NCBI RefSeq assembly: GCF_036321535.1
Contig: NC_087437.1
Location: forward strand, 10,356,001-10,420,000
Origin: Camelus dromedarius
Taxonomy: Eukaryota
Length of the DNA stretch: 64,000 nt
Direction: 5' to 3'
The first letter of the stretch is position 1. Every line of letters begins with the position of its first letter. The notes under the pieces were generated by a model. It searched no databases and was not told the origin of the DNA. It saw only the letters and a list, made by a program, of their open reading frames with translations. Of the stretch, positions 23,647 to 34,330 are shown piece by piece. Both the position numbers and the translations under genes were made by a program.

Positions 23647-24109
23647 TGGTACAATGCTTGTTCTTGAGGCAGATGAGCAGCTGACAGTGACAGGAGTTTC
23701 TCCTTCTCGCTTCCCAGTGAGCACGTGTGGTCTGTTTCTGTGGGCACAGCTTGGGTGCACCGTCTATTGCATTTTTAAAACCAATCCATCAGCCTTGTAT
23801 TTTGCTGACATTTCTCCAAGATTATGGCAATAGGTTGAATAACAGGTCCAGCTTTTAATACTAATTTTCCCTTTGCTTCGTAAGGACTATGGAGAGCCAC
23901 TGGCCTGAGCTGCGTGAGAATCCATTCGTCTTCCCAACTGAGCTCTTCCAAATGAGTACCTGCCCACATGCTGACATGTACAAGGCTCTCTTCATGTTCA
24001 GAAGTATGTTTCCCCCTCCATCTGCAAAGAAATGGTCCTTTGTCCTTTTCTATTTACGGTGCCTGAATTGGGTTTCTCTCTCTCTCCCAAGACATTCTTT
24101 TTTTTTTTT

Positions 24110-24325
24110 TTTATGTTTTTTTTAATTGAGGTATCACTTAATACGTAAATTGCACCCAGCTTCACAGTTGGGCTTGATGAACTTACATAAGGGTATACCC
24201 ATCCTCTAGATCAAGAATATTTCTGTCACTGGAGAAGCCTCCTTGGTGTCCCCGCCCTGTCAGTATCCCCTCCTTCAAAGGTTACCATTACTTCGACTTC
24301 TAGCAGCATAGATGAATTTTGGTTC
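24110..24325 (-). mobile_element. Old L1M 3' end
   Basis: Poly(T), then AATTGAGGTATCACTT...AAGAATATTTCTGTCACTGGAGAAGCCTCCTTGGTGTCCC. Confidence 0.6.
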
Positions 24326-24502
24326 AGATGTGGTTTTTTTTCTTTTTTTTTTTTTTTTAGGAACAAAATGCCCCAGACTTCAGGACACTTCAATCTGTCC
24401 CCATTGACTCCTTGTCATAAAAAGTGAAAAAAGTGAATATTATGGTAATAAAAGATGGGACAGAGGGAACGCTCAGGCTCTGGCTACTCCAGTCATGTAG
24501 GT

Positions 24503-24850
24503 CCTAGCTCTCAACCCAGGGCTATTCTGCCCTTCAAGGAACTTGGCAATGTCTGGGGACATATTTGGTTGTCACAACCAGGAGTGAGGGTAGGGAGTGC
24601 TACTAGCATCTACCAAGCGGCTGCTAAACATCCCACAGTCCACAGAGCAGCCACCCACACCAGAGAGTTATCCAGTCTAGGGACCAGATGTGACTGTCTT
24701 TTTTTTAGTTTCCTCCCCTTTTGCCACTTTGGGTCTTCTCTGTGCATCTTTTCGGGGTACCATACCGGAAGCTGGGAGAAGGCTGTCAGACCAGCCTGCT
24801 ACTCTAACCCTAACTCTAGTGTCAAAAGTGCCAAGGTTGAAAACTCCTGA
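24503..24850. mobile_element. MER20 hAT element carrying an ~140-bp insert
   Basis: TTGGCAATGTCTGGGGACATATTTGGTTGTCACAAC...TGCTACTAGCATCTA...GCTGCTAAACATCCCACAGT...TTATCCAG [insert] TGTCAAAAGTGCCAAGGTTGAAAACTCCTG. Confidence 0.8.
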
Positions 24851-25155
24851 CTTAGAGAATGGTCCCCTTTAAATAGGGGTTGACTGAAGATCTCTTCCTA
24901 TCATCTTTGGGCCTCTTTGTATAGGTCAGATGCCACAGTGGGCAGGTGATATGTAGCCCAAGAATAGGAGTCTTAATTTATCTCCATCGGTGGTAATTAG
25001 TAGACATTTCATGCAAAATTTGACTGGCTGTCTTCCTTTTAGTTTCCTCTTCTGTTGCCCGTTTGGGTCTTCCTCATGCATCTTTTCGGGGTATCACACC
25101 GGCGGCTGGGAGAAGGGGTGTCAGATACAGCTAGCCTGCTACCACAATAATCTAG
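24690..25155. repeat. Two diverged direct copies of an ~120-bp unit (24690-24820 and 25021-25155)
   Basis: Shared TTTTAGTTTCCTC...TTTGGGTCTT...GCATCTTTTCGGGGTA...ACCGG..GCTGGGAGAAGG..GTCAGA...AGCCTGCTAC. Confidence 0.85.
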
Positions 25156-27069
25156 AGGTCCCTTTTATATTTACATGTATAGCTTTTTATTAAAATGCAG
25201 TGAACATCAACACTATTATTTTAAATGAAATGCTTTCATGACTATGAAATAGGGAGCAATTTCACCTCATGGGAGTTCCAGGAGAGTAGATGAAACTGAA
25301 CAAATTGTTTACTTAACTGTCAACTTTAGCTTTTTCTAAGGAAAAGCTGTTAGCAAGGTCCTCTTTTCACACTGTGTTATTGATCAGTCTCCCAGGGAAA
25401 TTTGCTAGCTCTGCAATGTAGGTCAGGATCACAATTTATAAGTGACCACTGATGCTTTTTTCCCTTGGAAATAACAGATGCTGTAATCAAGGGCGATCCA
25501 TTCTAATTTCCCCTCCTGGATCTTAAGAGCATCTCTTGAGCCTTGTTTTCACTAAGATATAAATTGTTCAAGTGTGTAAGGAACACAGTTAGAAAGAAAA
25601 GCCTCACAGAGCCAATGATCATTTTGTTTTATTTCCATTTAGTTTAACCAGACAATAAAAATTATACAGGGAAATATCCACACTCTCTATCTCTATCCCA
25701 AATAGCAAACTTCTTTATAAAACACATCTTATTTATCAAGCTTTATTGAGAAATTACGTAAACTTTTCAGGTAAATGAAGCAACGTTTTAAGCAGCAATA
25801 TTCATTCTTTAAAGCGTGAAACCTTACCCTATCTCTGCCCATAAAAATGCTGCTCATGCTTTAAGGCACCTTCTCCTCCTTCATGAGAAATTTCTCATAT
25901 TGACCTGATCAAAAAGAATCTCTTCTACTTGGAATTCCTGCTGTATTTTAATTGCATTTCCATATGTTGCACTTATACTGAAGGTCACTCCAAGAACGTG
26001 TAAATAAAATTAATGAGTTTGTTCCCTCTGATAGATAAGCTATCAAACCAACACATGTTGGACAAAAATGGAGATAGAGGCATTTTAAAGAGGATTAAAT
26101 GAGTTAATGTATTTAAAGCACTTGGAACAGTGCCTAGCACATCATCATAAGCCCTAAATAAACATTACTGACTAAAATTATTGATTTTATTATTAGAATT
26201 AAATAACATAGATTGCTTCTAGAGAATAATGCATGATTGTAGTGGAATGTAATGCACCCATCAGATGGAAGACTGTCCATCCTTGAGAGCCCAGAAAAGA
26301 GAGATGCTAGAGGCAAACATTGGCTGGACCCATCCCGCAGTGTCCAAGGGAGAGGATGTCCTTGCCAAGGAGACATCTGTCAGACCAGGGGCAATACATC
26401 TCATACTGTGGAGGTGGTGATTCCTGTAACTAATTCAACTCTTCCTCCTCTACTCATTCCCTGCTCATTGATCAAGAATAAAAATCATTTTTCCCAGTTG
26501 AGAGGCTTCACAGAGACTACATGCCAAATAGACTGCCATGTGGATATATTTTCTTAAAAACTGGGCTAGCTGGCATTCAAATGATAATTTGGCTTTCTGC
26601 ATCAGGTTATCCATGGACAGAAGGTGACAGCTGGAGGACAGGTCTGGACTCTTCGGAAATTTTCCTCTTCCTGTGCATTGGTAAAATGATTTTGTTCTTC
26701 AGGCTCTGTAAGTTTGGTTATTGTGTATCTATTCCTGAAAATTGAATCCACTCAGTAAGCCAACAAACGGTGTTTCTGAGTCAACTCTGTCGTCTGGGAA
26801 GAGTTCACTGAGGCATGCCAGAGGCTGGGTGACCTCCCTTCCCGTTGCCAAGCCCCACCAGCTATTACTTCTACAAATTCAGCTATCATTCAGGCATTAT
26901 TTTTATTGCCTTATATTACAACCATTTATATACTTGATGACATTCAATTATAAATTCCATGGGCACAGTCATCATTCATTTTTATCATCTCCAATGGTAT
27001 TTAATAAGTGAAGTGTTGATGAAAGGACAGAAATGAATATTTTTTAATCTATTCCTAGAAGGTAGGCAT

Positions 27070-28660
27070 GCCAATTGGAAAAATATTTGTAGGGAAGAAT
27101 TAGGTGGTATTCATCAAAATTTCGTATGTGCATACTCTTTGATCAATTCTAAACTCTCGAAGTCTACTTTAGAGAAAAACTTGTAAGTGTGCAAAAAGGG
27201 ATGTGTATAGGCTCTGGTTTAGCACTGTTTCTAGTCCTAAAAAATTGAAACAATCTACATTTTTATTAATCGGATGGATAAATAATTCATAACCTATCCA
27301 TTCTATTGAATACCAATCGTCAAATTAAAAGAAGGAGGGAATTCTAATGTTCTACCATGTAAAGAGCTCCAAGTCATATTGCTGAGAAGGAAAAAAAAAA
27401 GGCAAAACACACACACACACACACACATTTAAACAAGGGTTACATGGTACAGTTCATGCAGACAAAAAAATCATGACATGATTCTATATGTCTTCTCTGG
27501 ATACATTTACATATGTGTATATCTATATATATATGTGATATGTAGAAAAATTTGGAGATTGATAATGATGGACAGCTGTAAGGAAGCAAAAGAAAGACAT
27601 CTGAGTTTGGGATATAGAATTATTTGTAATGTTTTAATTTTTCAACAGTAAGAGTGTATTCATATTTTGACTATGTGGTTACAATTAAGATTTTAAAAGG
27701 AAAATAACTAATACTAAATTGCACAAGAGCAGACAAATAGATGGAGAGACAACATAGGTAATCCTAGGTAAAAAAAAAAAAATTCCACAAAGATGTCTAT
27801 ACCTCCCAAATTAATTTGTAAAGTACTCAAATTTAAAATCCTGGTTATTTTTGGAAATTTATAAAAGAATTATATGAGGAAACAAATTTGTTTTGAAATA
27901 AAAGAATGTCAAATTTAGCATCTATCAAGGAATTTTATTGTGTTAAAGGAGTTTTTTTTTAATACATTTTACTTTAAGGATTCTACTTAAGTTCAAATCA
28001 ATGTTACAGTTAAAATAAAAAGAAGATAAAGTTAATATTTTTCTGCAATGACTACCTACTTGTCTTTTATTGAAGTTTAAGGCGCACACATGAAGATCAT
28101 AAGTATGCTCAAAGAGAAGAAATCCAGGTCCAGAAGCAGAAGGTCACCAGCACCCAGAAACTCTCCCTGACCCCTTCCCATCACTAGCTTCTAACCCCCA
28201 AGATAACCACCATGCTGACTTCCAACATTCCAGCTAAATTTTATCTTTTTTGAACATTACAAAGATAGAGATCATACAATATGCTTTACTTTATGTCTTG
28301 CTTTATTTATTTAACATTACGCTTTGAGATTCAAGCATGTTGTTACCTGAAGCCCTCAGTTCATTTTCAACACTGTATGAGTCCCATTGCGTACATATCA
28401 CATCCATTTCACTGTCAATGAACCTGCCTTGTTTCCAGGTCTACCTATTAAAATAAGATAGAACAGCAGACACTCTCCAACACTGCTGGTGAAAGTCTTA
28501 GGAGGTTTAGCCACTTTGGGAAACGGTTTGGCTTTATCCATCAAGGTTGGACACAGCATTCCTCATTTTCCAGCAGTTTTGCTCCAGGTATATACCCAAA
28601 AGAAATGCCTGTCCTTGCTTACCAAAATAAAGGTACAAGGAGTGTTCCCAGCAGCGTTTT
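27070..28660. mobile_element. Cluster of old L1M fragments in both orientations
   Basis: Degenerate ORF2-end/3' UTR motifs: plus at ~27070-27700 and ~28470-28660, minus at ~28060-28460. Confidence 0.55.
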
Positions 28661-29589
28661 TCCTATTTTATTTTTATTATAATAAACATGGCAATTACTA
28701 CACTTGTCATGTGAGTTTGAGATAAATGGGATGAACATAATGAGGATATTTATATTTAGAAACATGGCTTGAGATGCTGTGAAACAGTGTTTTACACCCT
28801 ATGTGACTTAGCTAAATAAACCAAGACAAGAAATGAAACTAAATATTAAACTTCAGCCTGCTGGAAATAACACTTTGTGTGGGACTGTCACCTGTCAACC
28901 TCGCTATTGTGCTATTTTATCAAAAGAGCTACACACACACACACACATATACACACAACTGCACAGCACTTGGAACTAAGATTTTATTTCATCATGAGGG
29001 TCGGTATTACAGTGCATTTTCCATTTAATAATTAGCTCTACTAATGATTTAATTGTCATCTTAAATTACTGTTAACTGAACCTGAAATCCACTTCATTAA
29101 CTTTAAAAATATAAGGCCACGGCTAAATTGAATTTAAAATGTCAGCAGCTAAAATAACAAAGAAGAAAGATAATTCACTCTGTGGTTTTCAAACCTCCTG
29201 CTCCACAGAAGATTATTTTAAAGACAGAAATAACTCCATATGTTATATGGTCTAAAACAATCATTTAGGAACATCTCTTTTTAAAGACATTTTTAATCAA
29301 ATCACAAATTGAGCACCAAGAAAAAAGCCTATGAGCATAGAAAAATTCTCAATAGTGAGAAATGCAAAGACATTCCTTATTAAGTTAAAATGTCAAGTAT
29401 ATAACAAAAGCTAGTTTTACAAATTTATATTTAATAGCAAAATAATCAAAATTATTTGGAGGTGGCAATTTATCAAAATAAATTCATGCTGTAGGTTATT
29501 CTCACTTTATTTAAGACTTGGAAAATTAATTTAAGCATAGATTTTCAAAAGACTCAGAAATTCCATTCCTCCTCCCCAAAATTTCCACC

Positions 29590-30090
29590 CATGAGCAATG
29601 AAAACACAGGTCCACACAAAGACGTGTATGGTAATAACTTAAGCAACTTTATTTGTAATAAGCAAAAGTGGGAATAATCCACATATCTATCAACTGATGA
29701 ATAATACATAAAATGCTTATACCCATGTAATGGAATACTGTTCAGCAACAGAAAGCAGTGAGGTACTAAGGCATAGATGGGCCACAAAAACATTACGCTA
29801 AGAAACCAGGCATGAAGGACCACATACTATGTGATTCCATTCATATGAAATGTCCAGAAGAGGAAAATTTATAACAGAAAGTGGGTTCGTGGCTGCCCAG
29901 GGATGATGGGGAGGAAGAGCAGTGTCTGCTGGTGGACATGAAATCGGGGTGATGGGAAGGTTCTTCAGGGAGAGTGTGGCCAGTGGCCTAACCCAGTAAA
30001 TATACTAAAAACCACTGGACTATTCACTGAAACTGGTAAAGTGTACAGTAGTTAAATTAAGCCTCAATAAAGCCGTCTTTAAAAATAAGA
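29590..30090 (+). mobile_element. Old L1M 3' end
   Basis: CCACACAAAGAC...TATCAACTGATGAATAA...ACTATGTGATTCCATTCATATGAAATGTCCAGAA...CTCAATAAAGC. Confidence 0.8.
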
Positions 30091-30681
30091 TAGCGTTTTG
30101 CAAACAAGCCGGGATGTTCCGGGTCAGTTGCCGTTTGACATCAGTGCAGGGGATGCCTTCCTGTTTGCCTTCCCCAAAGTTCTAATGTTGCATCGTCTGC
30201 CTTTTCATAAATCTCACTATGCAAAGAACCATAAAACATAACAAAAAGTTCAAGAGATTCCATTAGCTGATAGAACAAGGAATCTAACAGATTCAATGAG
30301 GTATTTATAAACTAACGTATTTTAAAAGAAATACATCCGGGAGAAATAGAATTTTTGTTCATGAGGATTGTCTTTTCGCTACCTCCTTCCTCATCCTCAC
30401 AAGTTCCTTCTCCATTCAGGATCTATAGCTAATTTTTTAAAACCTAAACCAATCACATCATTGCACTTTTAAAAGCTGCCACCCATAAGAACAATCTCTA
30501 CCTGACTCATCAGCCCAGTCTGTAAGGCCACTATGTTCTCACCTTTGTCTACTCTGTGAACTCAGGTCATATCGTGTTACGGACACCTGAATAAACACCA
30601 GCCACCTTTGGGCTTCTTGCCGTCCTTCGAAAAACTCTTGTTTGTTTCAGCCTCAGGGCCTTTGCACTGGCTATGCCTTGA

Positions 30682-30880
30682 GTGGCAGCAAAGCACAGGG
30701 ATTAAGCATAGGACTCTAGCCCCACATTGCCTGGCTTTCTATTTAGATAAAACCAGTGTCACTTTGGGTGAGTTATTTAATTTCCTTGTGCCTCATTTCC
30801 TAATCTATAGAATGGGAATAATAATTACAGATACATCATAGGGTAGTTATCATATTAAATGAAATAATGCTTGAAGAGCT
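30682..30880 (+). mobile_element. MIR SINE within L2 remnants
   Basis: ACTTTGGGTGAGTTATTTAATTTCCTTGTGCCTCATTTCCTAATCTATAGAATGGGAATAATAAT. Confidence 0.8.
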
Positions 30881-30989
30881 TTCGTATAAAATCATTTTTC
30901 AAAAGTATCTTCATGAAGTAGTCTTTCCCCAGATCTTTTCAGAGGAGGCCTGTCATTCAAGACTCATATATCATTAAGTGTTTCCCAGC

Positions 30990-31800
30990 CCCATTTATTC
31001 AATACATATTTAGGAAATGCTTGCTTTGTGCCGGGCACCATTTTGGGTGCTGAGCAGCTACCATGAAGAAAACCAAGATCATCGCCCTTGTGGAGCTAAC
31101 TTTCTCGTGGAGTGAGGCGGGTGATCAGTGATAACCACAGCGAATCCAGCATGTCAGAAGAAAGGAAACGGGGTTGAGGGTACCGGAGGAGCCGGGAGGA
31201 GCAGTTAGCATCACCCTTGGGGAGGTCAGGGACCCTGAAAGGTGGCATAGAAGCGACGAGGTGAAGGAGAGGAAGGAATGCAGGGGCTGTGTGCAGGGTG
31301 CGCACTCCATGCCGTGGGAACAGCCAGAGCTGAGGCGGGAGAGAGCGTGACGGTCCAGGGGGTGCGGGCTGGAAAGGAGGCGCTGGGACGCTGGCGGAAT
31401 GGTGGCCAGAGGGGTGCGCCGGGCAGGGGAGAGTGTGTGGGGAGTCCAGGGTCACGTAAAGCATTGCCTTCTTGTCTCAGCAGCAGATGGAAGCTGAGAG
31501 AGGACCCCCACCACCACCGCCACACACACACAGACGATCCCTGACCACTGAAGCAGCGAGATGCAAATGTGTGCTGGTCCAAGCCGCTAGTCTGTGCTGG
31601 TTTGTTGCCCAGCAACAGATACTGAAGGGTGAGCGATGAAAGGCTTTGGAGCAGAGGAATTAAGTGACCCGGCTCGTGTTGCAGAAAGACCTCTCTGGGC
31701 GTTGCGTGGAGAATGAACTAACAGAGGCCAAACTGCAAGAATCCAATCGAGACAAGATGGGGGCTTGGACTAGGGCATGAGATGGTGAGAAGCAGTCATA
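30990..31800 (-). mobile_element. L2 fragment with an embedded MLT1-like LTR end (~31490-31625)
   Basis: CATTTATTCAATACATATTTAGG...TGTGCCGGGCACC; GGCTTTGGAGCAGAGGAA; LTR end GGTTTGTTGCCCAGCAACAGATACTGA. Confidence 0.65.
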
Positions 31801-32399
31801 TTTCCTCTTTCTCATTGATCTTCTACCTAAAATCTTCATGATTTTTTATTTCTTTGCCATAACCTCTTTCCTTCCCCAATCCACTCCTAAAAGAATGAAA
31901 GTCCTGTGACGACCAGCACCTTGTCCATCTTGAGCGTCATCTTAAAGCGCTACACCTACAGCACGTGGCAGGTACGAAACGAGTGTGGAATGAGTGAACG
32001 GAAGAAGGAATGAGTGAGTAAATGAAATGGAAGAATATGAGTTCAAATCCACTTTTTATGCTTTGTGAACTATACATATGATTTTAATATATGACAAATG
32101 AGACATTTCAGATTGATGAAAGGGCTTTCAAAAGCTGTTGCCTGAATAGCTAACAATTTGGAATAAAAATTAACTAGATATCTAGCTTATACTATACACT
32201 AAAATATGTGGCAAATGGTTTAAAGCGTTTAATATTTTTTTTAAAATCCTAAAAGAAAAACAACCAAAAAAACTTGATGATTTTGATGCAGAAAAGGACT
32301 TTCCAAAGGCAGAAACTATTTTTTAAAAAAAAGATTGATTGGTTTGATAACAAAAATGTTCTTAGCTTCTATACAGAAAAAATATTATAAACAAAATTT

Positions 32400-32620
32400 T
32401 TAAAGTTTTTTTAATTTAACTTTTAAAATATTTTATTTGTTTTTGTTTGCTTTTTTGTTTTTGTTCGGGGGAGAGGGTAATTGTGCTTATTTATTTATTT
32501 ATTTATTTATTTTTAGTGGAGGTACTGGGGATTGAACCCAGGACCTTGTATATGCTGAGCACGCAGTCTATGAATGCTAAGCGTGCACTCTACCACTGAG
32601 CTACACCCTCCCTCTTCCTC
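32400..32620 (-). mobile_element. tRNA-derived SINE (Vic-1-like) with 16-bp TSD
   Basis: GGAGGTACTGGGGATTGAACCCAGGACC...CTCTACCACTGAGCTACACCCTCCC; TSD ATTATAAACAAAATTT at 32384 and 32621; lies in old L1 fragments (~32090-33460). Confidence 0.92.
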
Positions 32621-34149
32621 ATTATAAACAAAATTTAAAACTCAACAACAAACTGAAACAAACATACAAATTGTCCTTATATATGGGATAGTGGGATACT
32701 ATCCTTCACAGATAAATGACACTCACAAATATATAAAGGAAGAAAATCCTCCATAGAAAAATTTGGCTAAAGTACAGGAGTTTTAAAAATTATATTAAAG
32801 ATATATAAATTGTTCAGTACACATAAGAAATATTCAACCTTACTATAAATCACATATATGCAAATTAAGGCACCTAAAATAACAGTTTTCACCCTATCAA
32901 ATATCAATTTCTTTTACTGCTCATACCTATGTTGGCCAAGTCATTGGTTAGTATCATGCACCCTGGCCCACATGAGAATGAACTGATACACTAATTCAAG
33001 AGGTGAATGAGAAGTCACAATACCTTTGATGTGTCCATAGCCACTGGCCACCTAATTCTACTTACTATTAAGAAATCCAAGATGCACATAGTGAGGTACT
33101 AGACAGGCAAAGTGTAGTCATTATAGGAGAGATATTCATTGTATTGAAAAATGCTCTCAATGCAGTATATTGTTAAATGAAGAAAATACTTATAAAGTAG
33201 AATATACAGAATGTTCCCATTTTTTTTAAATGGACGTATGTAATTTTTATTGTGGTGGTGGTTACATGAATATATACATGTGACTAAAATGACAACTATA
33301 CACAAACGTTGTACCAATGTCAATCCCCTGGAATTTGATACTCTACTATAGTTAAATAAGATGTACCCATTGCATGTAACTGGGTAAGTGTACACCTGTG
33401 TAACTCTACTATTTTTGTTAACCTCTTGTAAATCTATAATTATCTCAGAACAGAAAGATTTCTTCTGTACATATACTTTTTAGAATATAGGGAAATACAA
33501 CAAACTGCTAACAGTAGTTTCCACTGATTTTTAAGACCTGGGTGATTTTGATTTTTATCACACTTTTAAACTTTTTGTGAATAAGCAAAGATTACTCTTA
33601 TCATTAGAAAATGTTATTATATTGTTTTGAGATAACATGAAAATCTAAAGATGTCCCAAAAATTAAAATCCTTTTTTTGAGTGTGTATGTCTGTATAAGT
33701 GTATATATATATACATATGAGGAAAGATGGATGAATAGATGATTAATTAATAGATAGATAGGTAGATGGATAGCTAGATAGATAAACTGATATGGCCATT
33801 TACAGAACTTACCAGATAATGGAATGGATTATCACAAAAACGTTTCTGATAATGTAAAAAGCATGAATATGTGAACCACAGACAGAGTTTTCATATTAGT
33901 AGTTAATGAGCACGTTGTTAAATAAATTCAGTTAATAATCAATCCTTTACATCCATATAATTTTGTATTATATGGTGTATTGTGAGCAACTACAAATATA
34001 GATGTTGACGTCAACCAATGTCACCTACAAATACCATAAGATGGTTTTGTTTCTTCTCCCTTCTCCCCATCAGTGCAGTGTCCTTGACTGGTTTCCTTTT
34101 CCTTGACACTCCTCCTCAACACAAGGATTATGATGAAACATTTTGAAGT

Positions 34150-34330
34150 GGAAGAAACCACAATATGCATCTGGTTTCTTCTCATTAGCATCTGTGGTCC
34201 TGGGCAAGTCTCTTATCCTCTCTGAGTTTCAGTTACCTCTTCTGTAAGATGGAAGTACTAATGCCTACTTCAGAGTGGTTGGGAGGATTAACTGAGCATA
34301 TACGTGCAAACTGGACCAGTAGGTTCTCAG
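34150..34330 (+). mobile_element. MIR SINE
   Basis: TGTGGTCCTGGGCAAGTCTCTTATCCTCTCTGAGTTTCAGTTACCTCTTCTGTAAGATGG. Confidence 0.75.

Larger units (their letters stand above)
20450..23990 (+). pseudogene. Decayed BTB-BACK-Kelch gene, copy A (KBTBD13-like), split by one SINE and two L1s
   Basis: BTB-like FRHTGHCGQNDPIQNIDLLGFVS (20671); BACK-start LEDCREM*R (21026); kelch ICHYTPTTLEF and VTTLDTKLYLFG (21184); [22 protein letters not shown] and ADISPR (~23700-23822); WPELRENPFVFP (~23900). One frame stays open for 146 codons once both L1s are excised. Confidence 0.7.

Noticed and set aside
22477..23760. 427-aa ORF as a host gene
   Set aside because: It is the L1 ORF2 C-terminus; the first ~38 codons are flanking DNA with a non-ATG start. 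The overlapping 186-aa plus-strand ORF is its antisense shadow.
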